NCBI RefSeq assembly: GCF_018977255.1
Contig: NW_024704754.1
Span: forward strand, 14,012,001-14,076,000
Direction: 5' to 3'
DNA: 64,000 nucleotides
Source: Callorhinchus milii
Lineage: Eukaryota
Part shown: positions 12,001 to 21,943 of the stretch, in pieces
How positions within the stretch are numbered: position 1 is the first letter of the stretch
How the letters are laid out: the number at the start of each line of letters is the position of its first letter
Made by a program: the position numbers and the translations under genes
Notes under the pieces: model-generated
Database searches by the model: none
Told to the model about the DNA's origin: nothing
Seen by the model: only the letters and a program-made list of their open reading frames with translations

Positions 12001-15000
12001 AGTATAATAATAATCTTTGCATTTGATATAGTGCCTCATCACGTTGTTGAGACATCTCAAAGCGTTTCACAGAAGATATATTGTAAAGGGGGTTGACTGT
12101 GTATTTTGTGGCCGAATCGCAGCAGCCAATTGTGGACAGCAGTGTCCCACAAACAGTCGTGGATTGAGTGGCCAAATTATTATTATTTTTTAAAGGAATT
12201 ATTTATTACTCCTGGAAAGAACAACAGGATTGAGGTTTTGCATTATGAAGGGCAATTGCAACGTGATTGTCAGAATTTGTCTGGGAGTGTTCATAATCAC
12301 TGCTCCCTTTACCTTATGCCTTCAGGAGATGAGCTCCTCCATGTGTCTCCGCATCTCTATCACAAGCCTGGAAGCTCTGGGTTGTTACTGGAGCTGCGAT
12401 ATACTCGTGGAGGATTGAGGGAGAGAAGGGAGTGAGATTAGCATTGTGACTTTGACACAGTGTCATTGACGAGCTCCTCCCTAGATTATATTGTACTGAT
12501 CTACAATTCTCTCCCATTTCAGATGCCCCACAAAATACAACAATTCAAATAAATAAACCTCTGGATATCATTGAGGGGAGAGAAAATGTGACGCTGACGT
12601 GCAGCACTGACAGCTATCCTCAAGCTACTCACACCTGGTACAAGACAAAAAGACACACAAACACAACACAAACTCTGAAAAGTACAGGCAGCGTCTTGTT
12701 GTTCAAAACAATATCCAGAAGGGATTTCGGAACCTTTACCTGTGTGGTAAATAATTCACAGGGAAATGACACCTCTGCAGCTGACATCAATGTCAAGTGT
12801 GAGTATTTGGCTTTAACGGCACCTGAGTGGATTATACCACGTTAGAGTGAGAGCTCTTCTCGCTCTTGATGTATACAGTGGGAGACGATTAAGTCAGACA
12901 TATCGGGGATGGCCGTTTTGTCCGGCCTAAGAGGCGTCCGAGATTAACCGAAATACAATCTTAATTAACCAAACAGGACACCAATTATTTTAATCTGGGA
13001 GTTAGTGTTACAATCCTGGACTCTCACAGAATTCAGTGAAATATATTAACTTTGTTTGGCTGCAAATTACCTTCCTGCCCAGCAGAGGAGCAGCACTTCC
13101 TCCCTCCCATTGCCGTTCCCATTGGAAGGGAAGGCGATCAATTAACCGACATAGTTAATGCAGGTAAGTGTACAAATGAATCGGGGCCAAGATTTTTTTT
13201 CAATTTTCCCATTGTTTGGGGTTAACCGGCAGTTAAGCAGATTTCTGGTCTTAGGAGCCGAGGGAAAAGGCTGAAAATCAGCGGAGAGGAAAAAATGTGA
13301 TTTGAATGTTTGTTAATTTCCACTTACAGATGGACCCAGTGAAATTAACATAAGTCAAAATGGGCTGAATTACAAGTGTGTCACAGACGCCAACCCTCCA
13401 GCAACCATCATTTGGAATCTAACTGAATCGATGACAAAGAAAACTTCCCAAATCCATGAAAATAAGTCTACGAACAGCCTGGAAGTGCAAGGATTAGAAA
13501 GCTTCTGTGTTTCATGTCGAGCTGAGAATGAATATGGTCGTGTGTATTCAAGGGAAAGTTGCTCAATGTCAAAACAGAGTAAGTAACTGAGTTATTTATT
13601 AAACAGTTTAATTGGAGGTCAGCAAAAATTGTGTAGGTCATTCAGTGGCATAGTTAAGGTAGGCTCACCTTGAGGATCTGAAAGAATTGTGGCAACATAC
13701 CTCACTATATTTCAGTTTCACTCCTGTCTAATTTCTAATAGGATTCCATATTAAGAAATCCTGTTAGAATTCTCAAAGACCCAGTGAAAACCACTCTGGA
13801 ATTGAATCCAGTTGGATTTCCCATGAGCTTGTGTGCCTTATTTCCAATTAATGAAAGGAGTCTTCACTTGCAAACCTCAGATTGCTTACTAAATAAATTT
13901 TGTTAAAAAATCTTCAACTTAGACCTATACATTTACTGTATTTATGGGCTATGTCAATAGATCACTGTCATTTGCTAAACTGCTGAAAATTAAGATTTGT
14001 CTACAGTTATCATCCCAGTGAATTCTTCAGTCTAATGTTTCTAAAATTCTCCCTTCCCCAACTCAGCAAGCATCCTTACTCTTTGTCCAGGTGTCATCTT
14101 GTAACAAGATTGTTAGCCATCTTGTCCCTGGATTCCATATTGTTATTCAAGTTCACATTTCTTGTCAAATCTAGTAATTGCTTTGATAGGCAAACGTAGT
14201 GGCCATTTTGTGCCTATCAAGTTCCCATCAAGTGCCCATGTGGTGAACAATCAATTTATCTGGAAGATTATTGGAGTGACACTTCCTTCTCCCTTCTAAC
14301 GGTGCATATCCCATTCCAGATACCAGGAAATGTCCATGTGTAGGAGTCATACATATGTAGGTCTCTCATTTGAGTCAGATACTAAACATGGATATGGGTT
14401 TCCACGTATGTCAGACACCGGGACGATCAGAAATAATTCCTGTGTACTTTGTGCAACAAGTACCATTGATGACAGTTCCCAAAAGAAATGACATCAGTGG
14501 CGCTTCTTATGCCTCACATGGAAAGTGCATAATTAGTGACCTGATGACCTGGAAGTTGGCCATTTTATGCACTTTTGCTTATAATATCTTTGTCAAGATT
14601 ATCAGACTCAGAGAATTGTGTTAGTACAGTGTTGTCTCATATTAATCTGTAAATATATAATAATAATCCTTAGAATCTTATTGCTAAACAGCTTTGATAT
14701 AATTGCGTTGATCAGAACTATTTGAATCTTTATGTTGGCAGGTTGGTCAGCAATACGGCAATTAATATTTGTTGGAATCGGAGTTATTGTCGTCTTCATC
14801 CTTCTCTTGACTGTGGTGCTAGTGTACTGCATAAAACAACTAAACCAAAGTAAGTCCTCTTCTGTGCCAATGTTACAGATCCCAGTGCAATATCTGATGA
14901 AACCCATACATACCCAGACCGCACTTCAATTCTGCTCAACCAAAGTGGTAGCTTGGATTAGTTGTTTACGTTATAAAATTCTGGGTTCAACCCCACATTG

Positions 15001-18000
15001 AAAACACAGTAATAACTCCACTTATGATTATTATTGTTATTATTAATAATATTATTATTATTATCTGTTATAACATTATTATTATATTAATATTATTATT
15101 ATTATCACAAACATGGTCTGTGCTGTGTATGGCCAAAATAATAATAATAATTTGTTCACTAAATCCACGATTGTTTGTGGGACACTGCTGTGAGCAATTG
15201 GCTGCCGCGATTCTCCCACAAAATATACAATCAATTCACTTTACAGTATATTCTGTGAGGTACTTTGAGACATCTCAGAAACATGATTAGCGCTATATCA
15301 AAAAATGCAAGAATTATTATTAATAATAATCCTTACATTTGGTATAGCTTTTCATGTCATTATAAAACAGCTACCGATAATCTGGGCACAGTTCCCAGTA
15401 ACAATCATAAGGCAAAATGAAGTGCAGAACCATCCAAAATAACTACAATGGTGTTTTACTTTCCTGCACATTGCTTTGTTTCTAGTGCTTGATCAATCTT
15501 AAAATAAAGTACCAATCATTTCCTTTTGTATTCCATCAGGGAAACAGATGGAAAATGATTCCCAAGCCATGATGCTCCATGAATTTCCAAATTCCATTCA
15601 GGTTTGTGAAGATGTTACTAATTTTAATTGTTAAACAATTGAGATGGATTCTCTCTCTCAGTGGCTCAGAGCGAAATGCAATTTTGGTGTATCACCAAAC
15701 CAGGTAACAGTCACCCTTTTCCTGTTTTTCTTTGGGGTCTGTGCTGAATTATCAGTGAGTGAAGCACTATGATTGGCCTTAGGACGAGCAAGATAATAAA
15801 ATAAACTGAGAATGGCTGTACAAGACTGTGATAGGATATTGAAACATTATAGAAATTGTCAAACAACAATAATTTGTACCTTTCACATCGGGAAGATGTC
15901 TCAAAATCCTTCACACAATTGACGGAGTCAAAGCTTGGGGTGGGTGCTGATCAAATGCAAAGAAAGGTGACTGAAAACAAGATCAAAGAGACAGGACGTT
16001 AGGGGAATTTGAAGGCACAGAGGGAGGGGGAAAGGCAGGTGGACTCTGTAATAGAATTTCAGAGAGTAGGGCAGTCCTAAAGGCTCACCCACCAATAGTG
16101 GATAGGGAGCGGGCAGAAGACATGACACAGACTCAGTGGTTGAAGCAGTAGGATCACAGTTTGTCATGGAAGTAAACTGAAGGAAGGACGTGGAGGTATT
16201 TGAATGTGAGGATAAGATTCTTGATTCACGAGGAGATGTGAAGCCAGTGAACACCTGTGAGGCTGGGGGTGATGTATTCACAGTGTCTGGTGCAGGAGAG
16301 GACCTGCACTATATGTCTGATATCAGCAGCTTGAGTACAGAGGATCTGGGGTGTTCAGTGAATAAAGCATTGGAGTAGATGAAGGCATGAATGAGGGTCG
16401 AAGCAGCTTGGGGGGAGAAATAGTGGCAGTGGCGGGCAACATGAGCGCTCCAGCCATTTTATAAGTGGATTCAGCTGTCAATCAATTACAATTTGAATCC
16501 TCCCATTCCCTCACTTGTTTCTTCCCCATTCCTCCACCCCCTCACTGATTGATAGCCCAACTTCAGTCACTTGTGAATGGCTGGAGTCCGCTGTCAATCA
16601 GTTACAATTTGACTCCTCCCATCTGTATCCTGGAGCCTCTCGTGGCTGAACAAGCCGCTTGAGACACAGAAGGCGCGAGTGAGTATATTCAGCAGCGACA
16701 AGCACGGCATTTTGTCCGGATTAACTGGATTGTTGTACAAATTAAACAGCGTATTTAAATCGGATACAAATGATTCGCGGCCGGATGTTTTGTCCAATTT
16801 ACCCGGCATCCGAGTTAACTGGCGTCTGGTTAAAATGGCTTCCACTGTATTACTAAAAGTGGGGTGGTAGGTTCAGAAAGCTATCAAGAAGTCAAATGGG
16901 ATTCTGAGTAAAACAAAGTGGGTACGTTATGTTGTAACTGTATAGGATATTGGTTAGTTTGCAGTTGGTGTACAGTGTTCAATTTTGGACTTCCCATTAT
17001 AGGATTCAGCTGGAGGATATCAGGTATGAAGCATTATACATATGAAGAGCAGCTGGGTAAACTGGGGGCTTTTTTCACCAGAACAAGAAGAAGAGTTTCA
17101 GAGATTCAGGGAGACGTTATAATGATATCTTCTATACAGTTTTTAAGCCATTACCAACTCTGGAAATCTCTGCCTGAATCTCTACATCTTTCCTCCTCCT
17201 TGTCCACGTTCAGATTACACCACAAGAACTTTATCTTCAACCAGTCACCTCCCTCTCTCCCTGGTTCGTCATCAAGCTCCACTAATGTTAAGCACTCAGA
17301 GACGCTACCGAGGATGAAGGGCATTATTTCAGTGCAGAGTGTTGTTGATAAAGTCTGGTATTCATTAACACAAGTGGCCCTTGAGGCTCAATTTGTAAAC
17401 CAAGAACAACCACAACTTGCAATTATATACTGCCCTCAAAACGAGGGTTTTGGCTGCATTTGGGGCACAGTACAGTCGGACATGTATCAGAGATGGAAGA
17501 AAGTGGTCCTGGTCAGGGACTGGATGTGGGGGAGGAAGTACAGTTGGGGTTTGAATTGGATGCCTAGGATGCGCACAGGTTCAGTGAGTCTGAGGGAGAG
17601 CCCAAGGAGGTTGAGGAGTTTAGATCCACTGGATTGAAGAAGTTGATGATAGTCAAGGAGTATGGTTTCCGTCTTGTTCATATTTAGCTGTAGAATTGTT
17701 CAGAAGGGAAGTAGGTATGCACCTGAGCAATGAAATCATTAAGGGAGAAAGAGCTGGAAATTGAGAATAATTTTCAAAACGGGGCAAGTTAGAGAAAAAA
17801 GTAACAATGTGACAGAGACACAAAATGCCTATTTTGTATTTCCCTGTGAAGAAGGATTGTAATTATTATGCTGTTTGCAGGATCACCGGTTGATTGAGCA
17901 GGACAACAAGCACAAAGAAGATTGTGGGTATGAAAATTTCATAGATAGTTCGGAATCAGCTAACGAGAACCTTGGAGACAATTCGCTGCATGATTCCTGC

Positions 18001-21000
18001 ATCCCCGACAAGCCAGAGCAATCCAAAGCAGCCAAACCAGATGAGGAAGAATGCATATATAGTAACATAAAGGTGAATCAACAACAACAACCAAAACAAC
18101 TTTCTTTATATTGTGCCCTTCATGTGGGACAGTTTCTCGGGCGCTTAACAGTGGCGAAGCCTAACCCTGAGCCGGGGGAAGGAGGATGTGACCATCAGTA
18201 CGGTCGAAGAGGAATGTCTTCTGTTGTGATCTAAAAGAGGGAAAGGAGAGGGCAAAGTGGAGGGAATGGGCAGAGAGTTCCAAAGCTTTGAGTGTAGTGA
18301 CTGAAAGTGCATCCACCGATGGTGGAACAGAGGGGACGAGGGACAAGCAGGCGGCCAGAGCCAGCCAAGAGGAGGCAATGGGCAGTGGATTGGGGAGAAA
18401 GCGAGTTGGAAAGGTGGGGAGGTGCCGGTGGGTGAAGGANTTTTTAGATGAGTGAGAGGATCTCAAAAGCAATCCGTTCTATGACAATGAGCTCGTGGAG
18501 CCCGATGAGCACTGGTGAGATGAGTGTATGAGTTTAGTGTTCATGAGAATACAGTTCTGGTCCCCATTTTATAGAAAGGATATAGAGGCACTGGAGAAGG
18601 TGCAAAGGAGATTTACTAGGATGATACTGGAACTGAGAGGTCATATCAACAAGCTTGGACACATTTCTCTTGAAAGCAGAAGGGATAGGGGTGACCCAAT
18701 AGAGGTCTTTAAAATGATGAAAGGTTTTGATAGGGTAGACACAGAGAAGATGTTTCCACTTGTGGGGGGATCAAAACCAGGGGCCATCAAAGTAAAATAG
18801 TCACCAATAAATTAAATAGTGAATTCAGAAGAAACTTCTTTACCCAGAGAGTGGTGGGAATGTGGAACTTCTAGGAGTAGTTGAGGCAAATGGCATTGAT
18901 GCATTATTGCTGTTAATCAATTGCAATTTAATTACTCCCATTCCCTCCCTTGTTTCTTCCCCGTTCCTCCAACCCCTCAATGATTGACAGCTCAACTCCA
19001 GCCTCTTGTGAATGGCTGGAGTGCGCTGTCAATCAATCACAATTGGACTCCTCCCATCTGTATCCTGGAGCCTCTTGTGGCTGAATGAAGCCACTCGAGA
19101 CACAGAAAGTTCGATTGAGTACATTCAGAAGCTACCAGCGTGGCATGTTGTCTGGATTAACCAGATTATTGTAAGAATTAAACCGGATACAAATGAATCT
19201 GGGCCGGGTGTTTTGTCCAATTTACCCGGCTTTCAGGTTAACCAGTGTCTGGTTAAAATAGCTTCCACTTTATTACTAAAAGTGGGGTGGCAGGTGCAGA
19301 AAGTTATCAAGATGCCAAATGGGATTCTGAGTAAAACAAAGTGGGTAAGTTATGTTGTAAATGTGTAGGACATTGGTTAGATTGCAGTTGGAGTATAGTG
19401 TTTAATTTTGGGCTTCCCATTATGGGATTCATTACGGGATGATACCAGGAATGAAACAATAGCAGGAGCAGGAGGCCAGTGCCGGTCGAGCAGAAGCGCT
19501 GAGTGGCGGATTGGGGACTGAGAAGGTCGGAGAGGTAGGTAGGTACCAGAGAGTGAATGGATTTGAACACAAGAGTGAGCATCTTGATGTCGATCTGTTC
19601 GGTGATGGGGAGCCACTGGAGCCTGGTCAGATGTGGGTACAGAGCTTGATCTGGGTCAGTATGTGGGCAGCAGAGTTTTGGATCAGCTGGATATTGTGAA
19701 TGGTGGAGCTGGGGAGCCCAGCGAGAACCCAGGGAGGTTGAGGCGTTTAGATCCACAGGAGTGAAGACGTTGATGATAGCCAAAGAGTATGGCTTCCGTC
19801 TTGTCCATATTCAGCTGTAGAATTGTTCAGAAGGGAAGTAGATATGCACCTGAGCAATGAAAACATTGAGGGAGAAAGAGCTGAAAATTGAGAATAATTT
19901 TCAAAACGGGGCAAGTTAGAGAAAAAGGTAGCAGTGTGACAGAGACATAACATGTCTATTTTGTATTTCCCTGTGAAGAAGGATTGTAATTATTATGCTG
20001 TTCACAGGATGAGGAGGACAACAAGCACAAGGAAGATTGTGGGTATGAAAATTTCAAGGATGGATCGGAACCGGCTAAGGAGAAGCTTGGAGACAATTTG
20101 CTGCATGATTCCTGCATCCCCGACAAGCCAGAGCATTCCAAAGCAGCCAAACCAGATGAGGAAGAATGCATATATAGTAACATAGAGGTGAATCAACAAC
20201 AACAACAACAACATCTTGCTTCATCTAGCGCCCTTCATGCGGGGCAGTGTCTCTGAGCGCTTAACAGTGGCGAACCCTAACGCTGAGCCAGGTGGAAGGA
20301 GGAGGTGACCATCAGTACAGTCAAAGAGGAATGTTTCCTGTTGTGATCTAAAAGAGGGAAAGGAGAGGGCAAAGTGGAGGGAATGGGCAGAGAGTTCCAA
20401 AGCTTTGGCTGTAGTGACTGAAAGTTAGGCCACCGATGATTTTGCAGAGGGGACGAGGGACAAGCAGGCGGCCAGAGCCAGCCAGGAGGAGTGAACGGGT
20501 AGTATATTGGGGAGAAAGCGGGTCGGAAAGATGGAGAGGTGCCAGCGGGTGAAGAGTTTTGCAGGTGGTGAGAGGATCTTGAACTGAATCCATTCTCTAC
20601 AGTGAGCTAATGGAGCCTGACGAGCACTGGTGAGATGAGCGTATGAGTTTAGTGTGCATGAGAATAGAGTTCTGGTCCCAATTTTATAGAAAGGATATAG
20701 AGATTTTCAAGGATGATACTGGAACTGAGAGGTTATATCCATCAGAAAAGGTTGAACAAGCTTAGACACTTTTCTCTTGAAAAGAGAAGGGTGAGGTGTG
20801 ACCTAATCCAGGTCTTTAAAATTATGAAAGGTTTTTATAGGGTAGAGAAGAGACATAGAGAAGATGTTTCCACTTGTGGGGGAGACTGAAACCAGGGGCC
20901 ATGAATGTAAAATAGTCGCCAATAAATCAAATCGAGAAGTCAGAAAAAAACGCCTTTACCCAGAGAGTGGTGGGAATGTGGAACTTGCTTCCACAAGGAG

Positions 21001-21943
21001 TAGTTGAGGTGAATTGCACAGATGAATTTAAGGGGAAGCTAGATAAGTACATGAGGGAGAAAGGAATAGAAAGTTATGCTGATAGGCTTAGTTGAGGAAT
21101 GGCAGGAGGAGGCTCATGTGGAACATAAAGACCGGCATAGACCAGTTGAGCCAAACGGCCTGTTTTTGTGCTGTATAATCTATGTAATATGGACAGCAGA
21201 GTTCTGAATCAATTGTGGTTTGTGGGTAGTGGAGCTGTACAGACTGATGAGGAGGGCATTGGAACAATCAAGGGGGTGGTGACGAATGCATGTACGAGGG
21301 TTTTGGCTGCATTGGGGGTGAGGTACTGTCAGAGGTGTGCAATGTGATGGAGGTGGAGGAAAGTGGTCTTAGTTAGGGACCAGATGTGTGACAGGAATGA
21401 CACCTGGGGTTTACGTACAGGTTTGGTAAGTCTTAGGAAGTGACGAGTGAGGTTGATGAGGTCAGAGCTGCAGGAGAGAAGACGTTGACGGAAGCCAAGG
21501 AGTGTGGCTTCCATCTTGTTGACGTTCAGTTGGATAGTATCCTGAAGTCGTCCTCCTTCTCAAGCAATTAGTTCATTTTTCAAACAATTCGTGGACTCTT
21601 TCTCCACAGTAGTTTGTGGCAGAAAATTCTGTATTCTGACCATCCTGCGTGTGAAGAAATCTATTTTATCCTCCCCTTTAATAACCGTTTTTGACCTCAC
21701 ATCAACATAAATTCTAACAATCACTCTATTATGATTAACCAGCCAAAAGAAATGCATGGAGGTGCTGAGCCGGAGGAGGAGTGCATGCAGCCAGAAGTGA
21801 ACGCATCTCAGATAGCTGACAAGAGGGATTCTGAAGCCAGTTTGGTGTACGCTTCCATATGTTTTACTAAACAGCCGGAGGCACTGAAACCAGCAGAAGA
21901 TGACTCAGAGAAAATTATTTATTCCAGTTTGCGGGTAAAATAG
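25..21943 (+). CDS. Siglec/CD22-like inhibitory Ig-superfamily receptor A, 15 coding exons, about 1116 aa
   Basis: join(25-76,2291-2638,2770-3072,5777-6052,7128-7403,8480-8755,9834-10109,11166-11441,12523-12798,13330-13578,14742-14849,15540-15601,17881-18072,20008-20187,21743-21943) = 3351 nt. All introns are GT-AG, phases are compatible and there is no internal stop. Architecture is signal-V-C2-(C2)x6-Ig-TM-Tyr motif tail. Confidence 0.85.
245..660 (-). mobile_element. L2-type LINE 3' fragment
   Basis: (CAA)n tail and similarity to the 3' end of the L2 at 30535-31845. Confidence 0.6.
2291..2638 (+). CDS. Receptor A V-set (Siglec-type) exon
   Basis: cacag|GT...TACG|gtaaat, 348 nt. Translation [76 protein letters not shown]- and E-strand Cys and the F-strand Arg (AGG 2575-2577) match Siglec D1. 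Confidence 0.9.
2770..3072 (+). CDS. Receptor A C2-type Ig exon (D2)
   Basis: tgtcag|AT..AAAT|gtaagt, 303 nt. [41 protein letters not shown]. Confidence 0.9.
3095..3945 (+). mobile_element. 5'-truncated CR1 LINE, present in arm A only
   Basis: Translates to the CR1 RT C-terminus (WQMKYNVGKCEVIHLG, LYRALVRPQLEYCVQLWSP, EGVQRRFTRLVPG) with frameshifts. Has a (TTATG)n tail. The site is empty in B near 52705. Confidence 0.9.
4200..4770 (+). mobile_element. Degraded CR1 3' fragment, shared with arm B
   Basis: CR1-like motifs gccaacaggatgttgggcttcatt and attttcttcacccagaga. Confidence 0.7.
4234..4292. repeat. Perfect 26-bp inverted repeat with a 7-nt loop
   Basis: attactaaatcagttgagatcctcag-aagttta-ctgaggatctcaactgatttagtaat. 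Confidence 0.95.
5170..5700 (+). mobile_element. Degraded CR1 ORF2 fragment
   Basis: Translation ILNTYFLEV..ISEAEILEMLKRLKTNRSPGMDG resembles the CR1 LK..KSPGPDG region. Confidence 0.65.
5777..6052 (+). CDS. Receptor A repeated C2 Ig exon 1
   Basis: 276 nt, phase 1/1. [41 protein letters not shown]. Confidence 0.9.
7128..7403 (+). CDS. Receptor A repeated C2 Ig exon 2
   Basis: 276 nt with intact splice sites. Carries an extra Cys (TDCYP). Confidence 0.88.
8480..8755 (+). CDS. Receptor A repeated C2 Ig exon 3
   Basis: 276 nt, intact splice sites, open frame. Confidence 0.88.
9834..10109 (+). CDS. Receptor A repeated C2 Ig exon 4
   Basis: 276 nt, intact splice sites, open frame. Confidence 0.88.
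11166..11441 (+). CDS. Receptor A repeated C2 Ig exon 5
   Basis: 276 nt, intact splice sites, open frame. Confidence 0.88.
12523..12798 (+). CDS. Receptor A repeated C2 Ig exon 6
   Basis: 276 nt, intact splice sites, open frame. Confidence 0.88.
13330..13578 (+). CDS. Receptor A membrane-proximal Ig exon
   Basis: ttacag|AT..CAGA|gtaagt, 249 nt. [39 protein letters not shown] (C..ANPPA..W..C.AEN.YG pattern). Confidence 0.88.
14742..14849 (+). CDS. Receptor A transmembrane exon
   Basis: ggcag|GT..CAAA|gtaagt, 108 nt. [36 protein letters not shown], with no charged residue in the hydrophobic core. Confidence 0.88.
15540..15601 (+). CDS. Receptor A first cytoplasmic exon
   Basis: catcag|G..CAG|gtttgt, 62 nt, phase 1 to 0. 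[21 protein letters not shown]. Also conserved in receptor B. Confidence 0.8.
17881..18072 (+). CDS. Receptor A cytoplasmic Tyr exon copy 1 (YENF, YSNI)
   Basis: tttgcag|GAT..AAG|gtgaat, 192 nt, phase 0/0. Confidence 0.8.
18510..18900 (+). mobile_element. CR1 3' fragment
   Basis: QFWSPFYRKDIEALEKVQRRFTRMI motif. A second copy lies at about 20630-21185. Confidence 0.8.
20008..20187 (+). CDS. Receptor A cytoplasmic Tyr exon copy 2 (YENF, YSNI)
   Basis: tcacag|GAT..GAG|gtgaat, 180 nt, phase 0/0. Paralogous to 17881-18072. Confidence 0.8.
21743..21943 (+). CDS. Receptor A terminal exon with two ITIMs (LVYASI, IIYSSL)
   Basis: Open frame to TAG at 21941-21943, with AATAAA at 21948-21953. The acceptor (aaccag) is weak, so the exact start is less certain. 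Confidence 0.8.
   Translation, partial: PKEMHGGAEPEEECMQPEVNASQIADKRDSEASLVYASICFTKQPEALKPAEDDSEKIIYSSLRVK

Larger units (their letters stand above)
5757..12950 (+). repeat. Tandem array of about 1.35-kb units, each holding a C2 exon, a MITE end, a CR1 fragment and a truncated SINE
   Basis: Exon starts are spaced 1351, 1352, 1354, 1332 and 1357 bp apart. The introns align along their whole length. Confidence 0.95.
16430..21000 (+). repeat. Older tandem duplication (about 2.1-2.5 kb unit) carrying the cytoplasmic Tyr exon
   Basis: The MITE, CR1, L2, exon, L2, CR1 order occurs twice. The exons are 2127 bp apart and the copies are more diverged than the C2 array. Confidence 0.8.

Noticed and set aside
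5757-12950. CRISPR-like or prokaryotic repeat array
   Set aside because: The units are 1.35 kb, spliced, and contain Ig exons and eukaryotic retroelements.
14370-14624. [13 protein letters not shown].. shared by both arms
   Set aside because: No domain features or compatible splice sites. The similarity is explained by the duplication.
15024-15290. Hydrophobic Ile-rich ORF resembling a TM segment
   Set aside because: It is a translation of (ATT)n SINE tails.
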